A stretch of DNA of 63,685 nt, the filler included, from Octopus bimaculoides (lineage: Eukaryota): assembly GCF_001194135.2 (NCBI RefSeq). It is 4 parts of 4 records of this genome, joined end to end, with 100 filler letters (N's around TTAATTAATTAA, not from the genome) between each part and the next. Parts side by side here need not be neighbours in the genome. Positions count along the whole stretch, not along the records: positions 25,615 to 53,319 come from NC_068983.1; 3 more parts are not named here. One strand, 5' to 3'. Below the pieces are notes generated by a model. That model saw only the letters and a program-made list of their open reading frames with translations. It had not been told where the DNA came from and made no database searches. Shown here in pieces: positions 36,545 through 51,169 of the stretch. The position numbers and the translations under genes are program-made. How positions within the stretch are numbered: position 1 is the first letter of the stretch; every line of letters begins with the position of its first letter.

Positions 36545-38545
36545 TTGCTGATCATGTTTCAAGAACTCTGCAAAGAATACTTGCAATTGCAAGCAATGCT
36601 GATTTTTGTGGGTGTTCTACCTTCACACTTACACTGATCTTTTTCAACCATGCTGGTAGTTGATTGCTGATACTTCCAGGGGCACCAATTACTACTGGTA
36701 TCACGTCTACTCTCTTCATTGACTGCAACCTTCATATTTCCCATTTTAAATTGTTGTAGTTGTTGATTTCTTCTTCTTCTTTCACATTGATTGTGTTGTC
36801 CCCAGGGCATGCTAAGTTGATAATCATATATGTTCTTTCTTTTTCAACCACCACAACAATGTCCAGTTTCCTATGTCTGGTCAGGTGAGCACACTGGATC
36901 ATTACATTACACAGGATTTTGCAGTTATCATTTTCAGTGACTCCTTCTGGGTTTTTCTCATACCACATCTTTGTTCTTTGTAGGCCATGATTTTCACAGA
37001 GCTCCCAATGGATCATTTTTGCCACATTGTCATGGTGTTATTTGTATTCGCATTGAGCCAATTTCAGGCATTCACTAATGAGGTGCCATACCATTTCACC
37101 CCTCTCACCACATATTCTGCATTTGTCGCTATCGGTAATGTTGTCAGTTCTGTACTTCATATAATTGGTCCTTAATGCTTGTTCCTGAGCTGCGCATATG
37201 AGTGCTTCTGTCTCTATCATCAGGTCACTCTTCCTCATCCATAGCCACCGGTCCTCTGTATCTGTCTTGGTGTTCACGTCTCTTGCAAACTGACCATACA
37301 TTTCTTTCCTTCCAGGCCTTTTCTTTTTTTTTTTGTTCATTTCTTGTATAAATTTTTCTTTAGTTACACAATTTTCAGTTTTGATGATGCCGGCCTTCTT
37401 CGTGTGTTTCAACAGTGGCTCCACAATATTTTTTATATACCACCCTAGGTTGTTTTCCTCTGCTTTGATACAGTCCTGGCAACTGATAAAACCTCTCCCA
37501 CCATTTCTTCCGGACAAGTACAGCCTATTGGTGTCACTCTTAGGATGGAAGGCCCCATATACTGTCAGCATTTTTTTGGTCTTGGTATCCATTTTCTCCA
37601 TTTCTCTCTTTTACCATTTTATAATTCTTGCTCCATACCAAAGTAATGCTATTGCCCACAAATTAACTGCTTGGATTTTATTCCATCCAGTCCATTTTGA
37701 ATGCAAAACCAACTTCAGTCTTCAGAAATACTCCATCCTCAGTTGCTCTTTCATTTCTTTTTCCATTTTCTCATTGCACTCTAGTACACCAAGGTATTTG
37801 TATCCTTCCATTTCAATTTACTTAAGTCTCTATTCAGTAATTCTATCCCTACTAGGGACTGTACCTTACCTCTTTTCTGGTAGATTACTCCACACTTCTT
37901 GAGTCCAAATTCCATTCTAATATCAGTACTAAACAGTGGACTGTGTTCACCAAGGAACTCACTTGTGTCTCATCTTTACAATACTGTTTCAAATCCTCCA
38001 TGAAGAGGAGGTGGTTGATTGCTTGGGGTTTTTCCTTTAGTTGGTATCCCAGGTTCATTTTCCTAAGTACCAAGGTCAAGGGTGGCGATAGGCTGTAACC
38101 CTGAAAAATCCCTCTTCTGATACTCAGGGTGCCCATGCTTTTTCCATAAGATATCAGTTCAGTTTTCCATCTTACCTTACTTCTCTTCAGGAAACACATT
38201 ACATTCCTTACAATTCTAACAGATCTAAGCATCTGATGATCCACGAATGCAGAATCACATAAGCTTTGCGATTGTCGATCCAGACCATTTCCAGATTTCA
38301 TTTTTTCCTTCATTTACAATCTTGCATTACCATTTTGTCTATCAATAGTTGATCTTTGGTACCTCTGCATCCTCTTCTACAGCCTTTTTTTTCCAGCAGT
38401 AATATATCGTTCGCATTCAAGAAATTTATACAGTTCTTCTGCAATTCCTCCTGACAATAACATCCACATTAACAGGAGGCAGGAAATTGGTCTGTAATTG
38501 TCAATAACATTTCCCTTTGATACATCCTTCAGGCACAACATCGTT
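36545..38545 (-). mobile_element. Degenerate Dong/R4-clade LINE (RT, CCHC and RLE)
   Basis: [45 protein letters not shown] (YxDD-like), RLYL..RNGGRG, CRICG..GEMVWHLISEC and a degenerate RLE motif. Many frameshifts. Confidence 0.9.
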
Positions 38546-38570
38546 CTTGGATTATTATTGTTGTTGTTTT

Positions 38571-38604
<34 letters not shown>

Positions 38605-39134
38605 GTTGCTGCTGCTGCTGTTTGTTTGTTTTTTTTTGCTGTATCAACAACATGTATTTTAGCATTCTCCATTAGTTTTCGTTTATTCATATATCTAGTT
38701 GTTGAGGTGGTTTGGCCACATGGAGAGGATGGATAAGGAGCAGATGGTAAGGAGGGTGATGAAGGCAAAAGTGGTAAGTAGCAGAACCTGAAGCAGACCT
38801 CAGTTTGTGTGGATGGATGGATGGAGTGAGGAAAGCTTTGGTGGTCAGAGGTGTTGGATTGAGGGCGGCAAGAGAGATTATAAGTGATAGGAAAGCTTGG
38901 AGAGTGTTTGTGGATGGATGAGTAAATTGATGTTGCTCAAAGGGGTACAGAACCAGCATGATACGGCAGGGGTAAACCAGCATATACTGTCAGGCCCTGC
39001 TATTTATATTGGGAGTTGTGTTCTGTGCCTTGACCCAAGCATGGAACAGGGCTCACCTCTCTAGATACATTTCTATTGTTAATATATATATTATTTACAT
39101 GTAAGGCAGTGACCTAGCAGAATTGCTAACATGG

Positions 39135-39363
39135 TGGTGAGCTGGCAGAAACGTAAAAACGCCAGGTGAAATGCTTAGCAGTATTTCGTCTGTCTTTATG
39201 TTCTGAGTTCAAATTCCACCGAGGTCAACTTTGCCTTTCATCCTTTCAGGGTCGATTAAATAGGTACCAGTTACGAACTGGGGTCGATATAATCGACTTA
39301 ATCCGTTTGTCTGTCCTTGTTTGTTCCCTCTGTGTGTAGCCCCTTGTGAGCAGTAAAGAAATA
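39135..39363 (+). mobile_element. Young full-length tRNA-derived SINE
   Basis: Inverse of 29962-30195. Confidence 0.85.
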
Positions 39364-41856
39364 AGAATTGCTAACATGCCAGGCAAAATGCCTAATGACT
39401 TTTCATGTCTTTGTCCTGAGTTAAAATTCCATTGAAGTTGACTTTGCCTTTCATCTTTTTGGGGTCAATAGCATAAGTACCAGTTGAACACTGGCATCAA
39501 TGTTATCGACTTACCCCTCCCCCAAAATTGCTGGGTCAAAATTTGAAACCAATATACATTATTTATATGTAAGGCAGCAAGCTGGCAGAATTGTAAGCAC
39601 ACCAGGCAAAATGCATAGCAGCTTTTCTTCTCTCTTTACATTTTAAGTTCAAATTTCACAGAGATCGACTTTACTGTTCGTCTTTTCTGGGTTGATAAAA
39701 TAGTACCAGTTTAGTACTGAGGGTCGATGTAATCAACTTAATCCCTTTCCCCAAAATTGCTGGCCTTGTCCCAAAATTTGAAACTAATATATGATATTTA
39801 CATGTTGAGTCCATTGGGATGGTCAGCTCATTTGTTTCTTGTTCCTTTGAGGCCCAAAAAAATTTTTGTTTTTGAAATGCAAATTTGAAATACAATGACA
39901 TCTTTAACAACCAGACAGCTGAAGGGAGTGGGATATAATTTTGAAAAGTGAGTCGAACAAACCAGTTGATTAATGATCGAAGACTTCCTTCTCAAAGTAC
40001 AAAGTCTAAAAAAAAACTATGAGTGGAAAAAGCAGCAGCAACAACAACAACAGCAATCTGTCAAACACCACCACCAACACCAACACTGTCTTGATTCTAG
40101 CAGTTAGCAACTATGACAACAGTAATAATGCAGCTTGCAAAGAAGTGTGTTGCAACAAAGAAAGCACACACGTCCACACACACCATCAATACCATCACCA
40201 CTACTGTGGTTGCTGGTAGTGACAACAACAATAACAACATCAACAGAATAACAAAGCAAAGGAAGTGACTATAAAGAAAACAACCCATCACCACTGCCAC
40301 CACCTCTACTATTGCTGCTAACACTACGATCACTACTAGCACCACACTACAACCAATGTGACAACCCACATCAATACCATAAAGGTGAAATGTTTTGCAC
40401 AAGTGGGAATACATATCTTACAGGTTTCCTTAATGGACAAATACCAATTTCAAAAATGCAGAACATCTACTAAAAATCTTGCAAGCAAGAAACTAATTTA
40501 TGAACGCATGAACAAATGGGAAAGACTGCCAGAGCGATTATCACCTACAAATATGTCGCATGGCAAATCTTATGCATAGAAATGGTCACACACCCAATTA
40601 GAAAGGTATTTGCATGACAAATAGATGGATATAGATTTCACCATTAGGGCCTGACAATTTGGTACTGTCAGAGTACAATTTTTCAATAATGTCCTTACAG
40701 GAAAGCAGCCCATTGTTTCCTGCATATATATATAAACAACTTCATCACACCAACGAATAGTGTATCAACAAATCTAAAAAACCCTCTAAGCAACATTTTG
40801 AAAAAACAAATACCTTAACAGAATTGATTTCAGAAAGAATACTAGATACTAAAAAAATCTATACAAAAACTTACATATAGAAACATTCACAAGCCAGAGG
40901 TTTGGAACTCCTGTCCTTCCATAGTATTAATGCAAGTGATCCTTATCCCTTCCCTCCTTACTTAGAATGGGCAATGTGAATACACATGGCCTTGTACCAT
41001 GTTGGAAGCAAACCAACCTGATCAATAAACTTGGGTCACTAGACAAAGTTGTGGTGGCCATCAGCAAGACCAGAGTTCTCAATGCACAAGCCTTAACACC
41101 CAGTTTCCAATGACTCAAAGTATACACATTCTAAGTTAACTGGGTTGTGAAGCAACATTACTGCATTATTTCATCCCACTTTTCATCACTAGTGGAAGAT
41201 TAGAATAGCATCTTGGATGTATTTTAGGTCTGTGCTTGGCTATCTGAAATGACAGGGCATGCAAAAGCCTCACAAACCTGCTCAAGTGTTTCCAACTGGA
41301 TTTCCTATAAGTGTTAATGTGGTCATGAACAAAGTACATTATGTCCTCCAGATTGTAACTTGTTAGAGAATTCTGTAGGCCAATAGATGGGGATAACATA
41401 GATTGTTTACAATTTAAATGTGAATTTAAATGTCAATGGTCCATATTGTTTAAAACAGCAATATCCGGAAGATGTTAAATGATTTCCTAGCATGGCTATA
41501 AAGAAAATAATGATTAAGAGTACTTTGGGATACATCTGGTCTCAGCATAATGAGTCAATATTAATAAATGAGTGACAGGTGAGCAGAATTGTGAGATGCT
41601 CTGATACAATGTAACTAGTGGGTTTTCACCCATATGTAGGTACATCTATTTTGTGTTTACATTGTTTAAATTGTATCAAGCTTTATTTATTCTGTGTTTC
41701 TATATAATTTTATTTTATTTTGTGTTCCTTAATCTTTGCCAGATTGTTAATATGCACATTGTATAACATTCTTACTCTCTCTGCAGTATTGTATAACTTT
41801 GCCTTGTCCATCCCCACATCCATTTTAGCCTTCATAATGTAATGTTTTATTTATAA

Positions 41857-41887
<31 letters not shown>

Positions 41888-42443
41888 TGAATGAATGAAT
41901 GAATGAATGAATGAATAGATGAATGGATGGATGGATGGATGGAGCCCTTATGCTGAATAAATAAATTATTATTGCTGGTGTTGTTATTGTATCCTGGGCA
42001 AGATCCAACATGTTGTCAAGCAGCTCTATGAAATTTGGATTATTACCAAGTTTTACAGGATGAATTTATTTTTATTGTAAACAAGGTACTTCGGAATGTG
42101 TGAATATTTATTTCAATACCCAAAGTAGACAAAAGTTCTATCTTTTAGACATTCTTTGACTTACTTGTATTTATATTTTATTCAATATGCCATAGGTGCT
42201 AATAAGAAGAGGGGAATACAGAATATTCTCCCTCAAATTAAAATGATAAAATAATCTTGTAATACATAACAACAAAGTTTTTTAAAATGTACAATTTAAA
42301 AAAAAAGATAGACAGAAATGATAATGAAGTAAATAGATATACTTACAAACAAATAGTTGTGATATTACACCAAAAACAAATTACACAAAACAAAAGTAAT
42401 AACAACAACAATGCAATCTTTTGATTTAAACAAATGAACTTAC

Positions 42444-42784
42444 ATTTTCTTTGCTAGTATCATAATCCATATACCTTTTTCTGCATCAGGTATTTTGCAA
42501 CTTTTTCTTGCTTCTGTTTGGCCAAAGCATCTCTTTCAAAGTGAGCTCTAATATCTCATTTGTTAGACCAAGATAGAATATTTTCATTGTCAATGTTGCT
42601 GTCTGAATGAAGCCTTCAGACACTATAGACATACATGCACTTTTGTTGGTATGTATGCAGCCTCTCTTCTGATGATCTGCTAGGGCAGAGTTATGTACAA
42701 CTTCTCTGGGTCTAAATCTTCAAAAATTTGTTTGGGAATACATTCTGGAAACCACATTACTTAAGAACTGCTGTACTTGAATGA
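42444..42784 (-). other. Candidate exon ending at a consensus donor
   Basis: Acceptor tctcccttttcctag and donor AAT|gtaagt. Either UTR plus MDYDTSKEN, or an open frame DIRAHFERDALAKQKQEKVAK...LAKK from an unidentified acceptor. Confidence 0.2.
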
Positions 42785-43648
42785 CTAGGAAAAGGGAGAT
42801 TCTTTCTCACCTACCTCCACATTCTGTGGTTCTTGTTGTTCTTGTTATTTTGATAATTCTGTTATTCTTGTTATTTTGAAAAATCCTTAGAAAATAAACT
42901 AATGGATACTGGGATTTCGTCAATCAAATCAATATATACATGTTTTTTTTTTTGCTTGTTTGTCTTTTATTGTTATTCATAGGCTTACAGGCTCACTGGC
43001 TGTTTTTAAGATTAATGGTTACAAATACCTAGATGCAGAGTACAGAGAAGTAGAGGATAGTCTGCATCATGGAATGCTCTGATCAGATGGTGGATTCTTA
43101 CCCCAAAATTAGGTGGGTTACTCTCTTTTGCTTTGTGTTCTTTTTATTATATTTTATTTCGCTATATTTGTATACTTTTATCTTTTACTTGTTGCACTCA
43201 TGGAACTGCAGTAAGTTGGTACAATCATAAGCAAGCCTGACAAAATACTTAGCAACAATTTTCTCTTTACATTCTGAGTTCAAATTCCACTCTGGTCAGC
43301 TTCACCATTTATCTCTTCAGGGTCAATAAATTACATACCAGTTGTGCAGTGGGGTCAACATAATTGACTATCCCCCTCCCACAAAATTTCAGATCATGTG
43401 CCTGTAGTAAAAAGGGTCATTGTTATTATTATTATAATTGTAATTATTATTAAGGAAACAAGCTGGCAGAATTATTAGCACATTGGGCAAAGTGCTTAAT
43501 GGTATTTCATCTGTTGCTATGTTCTGAGTCGAAATTCCACTGAGGTCAACTTGACCTATCGTCCTTTCAGGGCCAATAAATTAAGTACCTGTGAAATTGA
43601 CTTAACCCCTCCCGACAAATTTCAGGCCTTGTGCCTATAGTAGAAAGA

Positions 43649-43689
<41 letters not shown>

Positions 43690-43775
43690 CATTATCACTA
43701 TCATTATTATTATTATTTTTATTATTATCATTATCACTATCATTATTATTATCATTATTATTATTATTATTATTG

Positions 43776-44417
43776 TTCAGTAGTTTTATTTTTATAACGT
43801 GCTTTCACTTCACTACCGAGCGCAGCTCTGTGCGCCTTGGGTATGTGCTGTGGTTTGCTGTGGTGCTCTTATGTTTACTGTATTGAAAGTGTTTTGCGTA
43901 GAATGTGTGCAGTACCCAGTAGTGCAATTTTCTGTATGTTATATATATTTGTAAGTCCTGGTGTTTTTGTTATGTATTTGTCTGAATATTTTTTTATTAT
44001 ACCTAAGGCACCTACTATGATAGGAATTGTTTCTGTTTTTAGATTCCACATTCGAGTTATCTCTNNNNNNNNNNNNNNNNNNNNNNNNNNNNNNNNNNNN
44101 NNNNNNNNNNNNNNNNNTCTATTTCCAGGTCTTTGTATTTTGAAAGTTTTTCCATTTCTTTTAGAGAAACGTCATCTGCTGGTATTGATACATCAATTAG
44201 AAAGCATTTTTTTTCTTCATGATCTTTGACAACTATATCTGGTCTATTTGCCTTAATTTCTCTATCTGTGTGTATTGGCATATCCCAGAGTATGGTTGCT
44301 TTCTCGTTTTTTGTGACCTTTTCTGGCGTGTGTTTATACCATCTTTTTTCTGTTGTTATTCCATAATGTTGGCACAGCTTCCAGTGTATATAGGTCCCAG
44401 CTCTGTCGTGTCTGTGT
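43776..44417 (-). mobile_element. Young 5'-truncated Dong/R4-like LINE (RLE domain and 3' UTR)
   Basis: RHDRAGTYIHWKLC...ILWDMPIHTDREIKANRPDIVVKDHEEKKCFLIDVSIP...KEMEKLSKYKDLEI, a small gap, then ...GTAHILRKTLSIQ*. (ATT)n on both flanks. Confidence 0.92.
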
Positions 44418-44436
44418 ATTATTATCATTATCACTA

Positions 44437-44475
<39 letters not shown>

Positions 44476-46183
44476 CAGAAATTCTTTGCCAGACAGCACT
44501 ACTAAGAGGTAATACTGGTTCAAAACAAACACTACACGCACAGGAATGCCATGACTGTCTAAGAAGCATATGAAGCAACAAAACTATTCTGCATGCATTC
44601 ATTTTGTGTCCAAAACATTGGTAGTTTGTAGAGTCTTATTAAACAGCTATTGTCATGTGTAGTATTGACATAGTTTTTTTTTTTTTATTGCCCACAGGTG
44701 GCTAAACATAGAGGGGACAAACAGGAACAGACAAGGGGATTAAGTCGATTACAACTACCCCAGTGTGTAACTGATACTTATTTGATTGACCCCGAAAGGA
44801 TGAAAGGCAAAGCCAACCTTGGTGGAATTTGAACTCAGGACGTAACCGTAGATGGAATACAGCTAAGTATTTTGCTCAGTGTGCTAACGATTCTGCCAGA
44901 TATAGTTATTGGCCAAGCCCTTCATGAAGATTACACTCACATCTTATTTTAGCAGGGAAGGTTAGGCAGTTTTCTTCTGCTGGAAGCTATATTGTGCCTA
45001 TGTCAGACATCATTGCTAATATTATCATGGTTGTGAAGGCAGTGAGCTGGCAGTATTGTTAGTACACTGGGTGAAATGCTTAGTGGAATTTCGTCCATGT
45101 TCTGAGTTCAAATTCCACCAAGGTCGGCTTTACCTTTCATTTTTTTTTTTTTCAGAGCCAATAATTATAAGCACTAGTTGAGTACTGGAGTTGATATAAT
45201 TGACTAACTCTCTTCCCCAAAATTGCTGGTCTTGTGCCAAAATTTGAAATCTATATTATCATAGTGAGGAAGGGACAGAAGATTGTCAGAATCAACAGAG
45301 CACTGGAAAAATACTTTGGTTTGTGATTTTGGTTCTCAGTCATTAGGTTCTGAGTTCAAATTACAAATTCAACTCTGATTACCATTCTTTTGTGGTTGTT
45401 AAAAGAGCACCATTCAAGTACTGGACTCAATGTAATCTACTAAAACTCTCCCAATAAAATCTCGGACCTCCAGCCTATATTAAAAGTAATTTCTGTGATG
45501 GTGGCTGTCATGAACAGAAGTGCACTAAACAGAAAATCTTGTGGTAGCTTGTTATGTCTCTTAATATTCTGAGAGGAAAGACATGACTTTGCTTTCCATC
45601 CAGAGTTAATTAAAGAAGTACTAGTGAAGTACCAGAATCTGTTTAATCAATTGCAATCTCCTTATGGTTTGTGTTTGTGCTAACCATTAATAATAATATT
45701 GAGTCAACAGAATGTCTCTTTGTGTTAATCATTTAGTCTGCATTTTGTATTAATCTCTTACTTCATTATTTTTTTCTTATATTATTCTTATACTATTAAC
45801 TCTATGCTGTTAGAATCAAATCTTCTGTTTCTTCTTTTAGAGTAGAGCTTTTGAACTGTTGTTGGTTTGCCCTTCCAGCATACTTCCTTTGTGTCAAGTT
45901 TTGTCATTCGTTTGTTCATCTAACATCTATTTTACCTTATGATTATTGACTGGGTAGAAGCACTTATTTGAAATAACATTTTACAGCAGGATGCCATTTC
46001 TGTCACCAACACCTTACCTGTTTCAAGTGCTCAGTGAGTGATTGTAATAACAATAATGAATGTAAACATCATATCACTACCTCACTCAGACAGCGACAAG
46101 TGAAACTGACAGTGATATCTGAACATTTATGCACATGCACACACACACACACATCGTTACATGTGTGTGTGTGTGTGTGCGTG

Positions 46184-46227
<44 letters not shown>

Positions 46228-46551
46228 GGCACATGGCTTAGTGGTTAGGATGTTGCACTCATGATCGCTAGATTGTGATTTCAATTCCTAGACCGGGTGG
46301 TGCATTGTGTTCTTGAGCAAACCACTTCATTTTATGTTGCTCTGTGATCACCTCGACATCTGACACATGGTACACCTCTGCACCTGTTCAGGCAACACCT
46401 ATTTGATGGGGAGAGAGAGCAAATGTATGGCACATACATATTGATCACTATAAACAAGTCATTTGTGCAGGTCATTCCACAAAAGCTGAATGTCCATATA
46501 TCATCTTCGACTGCAGAGTCTGTTATATATATATATATATATATATATATA

Positions 46552-47657
46552 CTAGCAGCTAAGCCCAGTTTCACCTGGTTGGTTAGGATGATGTGGCTGT
46601 AAAACTTGCTATGTGTAAGCATTTGACTTGTTTGGGAACAATTTTAGAATGACTTTTTTCTTTCAAACCGCTAAAAATAACTGACCAAAAAAAAAAAAAA
46701 AAAAAAAAAAAAGACCAAGATTTAACCAAATAAAAAGATAAACCCACATACTAAGCAAACAAAGATGTAAAACAACAGAAACAAACATAAAAAATAAAAC
46801 AAAAATTAAAAGAAATGTAAAAATTAACACTTCCTTCTTCAAGCCTAGATTCAAAACCGAATCTAAGAATTCTTGGTCGTCCAAACCACCACGATCAACA
46901 GGTGTGGAAACAGGTTTTCTTTGTTCTGTCAAAAAGTGATTGATTATCTCCCTTTGACCTAAGCCATGTCAGGCGAAGTTCAAATGGACAGGAGCTGACC
47001 TATTTAGGTACAAACTCTATTGCAGTATGTCTGTCCTTCTAGCTGCCATAATTCTTATGAATTCAGTGGTCAACAAGACAGAGAGGAGAGAAGGCCCTAG
47101 CAGCCAAACGAGGAATGTCTAGCTACAACAGCTTTCCTCAGAGACCAGAGCAATGTTCGAAGTTCCACGGCAGACTACTGTCTCAGATGAACTACGTACA
47201 CACACAAACATATATTCAATTTCTGACATATTATTTCCACAGATGTGCCCTGTTTCTATTTCTAGCAACTCGTAGCAGATGTCAACATTTTACATGTAGT
47301 GAAGAATTATGTGTACCAACGACAAATTAAGTCCAGTGAATAAATTAATTTCAATTATGAATCGATTCACTCATTTGTTTACTTCAAAGGCATACACATT
47401 CTTTTTGCATCTGTTTACTATAATACACATTTAACCACTACAGAAATAAAAAGTAGGTGAAAAATCTTTTAAATTTTCAAAGGTCAAAAAACAACAAAAA
47501 ATAACTGAAAAACATTAAAGACCTCAACCTCAATGCGAAATATTACACAAACTTTAAAAACCAAAAGCAAAAAAACATCTGAAACTGTAAAACAAATAAC
47601 TGAAACACTACAAAGAAAGACTTCACAAAAGATCCCACTTCCATTGCATGCACATAT

Positions 47658-47696
<39 letters not shown>

Positions 47697-47986
47697 CACA
47701 CGCACACACACATGCCCCATCCTTTTACATACACACATATATTCACATAGTTGAAATGCTGTTTGATTTATTTTTTCAGCATACTATTTTCATCATCCCA
47801 CTACCAAGTATGACATCACCCCTTTCCTTCCTTATTTATCTATCACCCCTTACTTTCTCATTCATATGTACAAGAATATTATCATAGTAGATTATCTCGG
47901 TAACCATGAGAGCTATGAAAACATACAAAGCCCAGCATCACCATCGGATCATTCTACACATCTGGGTAATTTATATATATATATAT
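46552..47986 (-). mobile_element. Non-autonomous Helitron-like element with unidentified internal sequence
   Basis: Minus-strand 3' end CCAGGTGAAACTGG hairpin followed by CTAG|T inside (TA)n. The presumed 5' end runs into (TA)n and a gap, so it is not verified. Confidence 0.5.
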
Positions 47987-48559
47987 NNNNNNNNNNNNNN
48001 NNNNNNNNNNNNNNNNNNNNNNNNNNNNNNNNNNNNNNNNNNNNNNNNNNNNNNNNNNTAGTTTCCATCAACCATTTCAACTCACAAGTCAAACTACTGG
48101 CTAGCCCAAGACCACTGTAGAAGACATTTGCTCAAGATCCTATACAGTGAGACTTAAATGGAAAATATGTAGTTGTGAAGCAGACTTTTTAATTATGTAT
48201 GCCATACCTGGCCATCAAATGGATTTTCTCCCATTTTTACGTTAATATATTTTTAAATTCCATTTTGGTTTTGACTTTCGTTTGTTTAAGATTTTCAGCT
48301 TTTTTAACCTTATCGATAATCTTTTTCTGAAAACTAATTAGTTTCTGTTTGTAAATGATTGTTTCTTTATATAGAGGGAAAGGTTGTTGTTGTCTTTTAT
48401 ATTTCTATTGACTTATCACTTATTGATTTCCCTTTGCTTTCATCTAAATATTATATAGTCCCACTGTTATTATTCTCTAATAGCTCTCTGTTTGAACTAA
48501 GCCCCTATCCACAATGTGTGCACAATTTTAATGTCTTATCTATATCGTTTTGGGGGTTA

Positions 48560-49010
48560 TGACTTCAGAAGTAGTTTCTGAGTTTCTATGCCTAATCTCT
48601 TCAATTCACTTAGTTTCCACTGTTATTTCCTTGATGTAGTATTTATAACTGGGATGGCCAGTGTATTTATACCTCTATCTCTCTTCTAGCACTGAGTTTT
48701 CTTAATATTAGTCCAACACTTCTACTGTACTCTTTGAATACTTCCTTCATTTCCATGTGGTGTTTCTTTCTGTTTCAACTTCTGGATATTTATATCACTG
48801 ATTTTTGTCGAACTCCTTAATTTCAGTGTCTGGATCTAATTTAATGTTCTCAGTTTCAGTTAATTTGATTCTTCTTATAGTATAGCTTTGTCACACTTGT
48901 CTAGTTGCCAACTCATTTTTATATATTGGCTAAATTTTTTGAACAACTTTAAATAAGATCTTCAACTGGGAAATGACCATTGTAAATAGTTCTAAGTCAT
49001 CCATATAGTG
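48560..49010 (-). mobile_element. Old Dong/R4-like RT fragment
   Basis: Minus strand YMDDLELF followed by decayed IKE.DKNQ*YKY similar to the post-RT region. Confidence 0.55.
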
Positions 49011-51169
49011 CTAATAGTTCATAATTTTTCTATTGCATTTCTAATGTAGGTAATTTCATTCAGTAGATTTATTAAGTCAATTACATCAACCCCACTGCTT
49101 GACTGATATTCTTTTTATTCACCTCAAAAGGATGAAAGGCAAAGTCAATCTCAGTGGAATTTGAACTCAGAACAAAGTTGGACGAAATACCACTAAGCAT
49201 TTTGCCTGGTGTACTAATGATTCTGCCAGCTTACTGCCTTAAGAAACTTTCTAAATATTGGTTTCAAATTTTAGCACAAGGCCAGCAATTTCGAGGTTAC
49301 GTCGATTACATCGATCCCAGTGCTCAACTGGTACGTATTTTATCGACTCCGAAAGGATGAAAGACAAAGTCAACTTTGGTGGAATTTGAACTCAGAATGT
49401 AAGGAGGGACAAAATGCCACAAAGCATTATACTCAGCATGCTAACAATTCAGCCAGCTCACTGCCTTAGATAACCTTCTAAATATTAAAAGCGATACTTT
49501 TTCTAAGAAACACTGACTGACACTAAATTAGAACTCAAGATCATTTGCATCATTAGTCTGTTTCATTTACCATCTAGCCACCATACTTTTTATTCCCCAA
49601 CTTTCAGACAAAGTTTTCTGAAAATAAGTGTATGTTGTTTATAAGCAATTACCCAATCTTTGACTTCCATCTATTTTTCTGTCCCCTCTTGCCTTTTCTA
49701 TTTAGATATTCTAAAATTAATTATCTAAGTGAACCAAATTCTATATTTCGCTTCAGTTTTACTTGTATTTTTTAATTCGGTTTTATTTTTTCCTCCATAA
49801 TAGTTCATGTGTATTTTGTTTATTTTCATACAGGTACTGCACTAGGAACTTTTTATCAACAACTCTTATCTTATTTTGTAGCACATTGATATGATCAGCT
49901 TTCCTATTGCATTAAACTGTTAACATTTTTTTAGTTTTTAATTTTTCTCATAATTCACCCATACATACCACATATTCTGCCCTGTATCATACTTTAACAA
50001 TATTATGTTGAAATAAACCTTTTAAATTGTTATGAAATACATTATTGCTGCTATTTTTACTCTTTTATAAACACTTTCAAAAATTTTTTTTAAATGGAAT
50101 TTCAAACATTCTTTAGAGGTTTACATATTTTGTTTTTCCTTTTAATGAGGGATTCATATCACCAGTGTAGGGGTTCAATATAAATGATAAAATATTTTTC
50201 TGTGATTATTATTAGCATTATCATCCTCCTCATCATCATCATCATCACCACCACAACCACCATCACCATCATAAATTTCATAATGATCATCATCATCATT
50301 TAAATAGTTCTTTGCTTTATATCTGGTTTTTATTAGTTACATTTTTCTTTGTATTTGTTCCGTTCACGGTTGTTGCTTTGTTTTGTTTTGTTTTTTGTTT
50401 TTTTGGAGCTCTTTTAAAGGTTATACCTGTTCATGTTTAAGTAATTAGCAGCACAAACTGTTTGATATGATAATGTCAGAGGTAAGGAGTATCATTAAAA
50501 GTAGAATATGCATTAGAATCTCAGTCATTCAGAAGAAGTGTTGATGAGATCGATTCCAGCTGGTAGCATGGACTTAAATTAATACAGAGGTAAAAACCAA
50601 AAAGTGCAAAAATGACTGAAGGTAGAAATCATTCAAGAGGTTGAAGGAAATACAGTTGTTTATATATTGGTTTTGAAGTTTGGCACATGGCCAGCAAATT
50701 CAGGTGATGGGGTGGGGCTAAGTCAGTTAAGTCATCTCCAGTGTTCACCTGGTGCTTATTTTATTGACCTCAAGAGAAGGAAAAGCAAAGTCAACTTTGA
50801 TGGAATTTGAACACAACATGAAGATGGATGAATTGCCACTAAGTCTTTTGCCTTTCATTTTATAAAATAAGTACCAGTTACACACTGGAGTTGATGTAAT
50901 CGACTATCCCCTCCCCTAAAATCTCAGGCCTTGTGCATATAGTAGAAAAAATTATTATCATTATTATAGTGATGAGTTGGCACAATTGTCAGACAAACTT
51001 CTTAGTGGCATTCCACCAAGGTCAATTTTGCCCTTCATCCTTTCTGGGTCAATAAAATAAGTACCAGTTGAGCATTGGAATAAATGTAATCAACTCAGCC
51101 CTTCCCTCAAAATTGATAGCCTTGTGCCAAAACTTGAAATCATTATGATTATTATTATTATTATTATTA

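Noticed and set aside
40019-40414. Asn/Thr/His-rich or Val-rich ORFs
   Set aside because: Decayed (CAA)/(CAC) microsatellite region.
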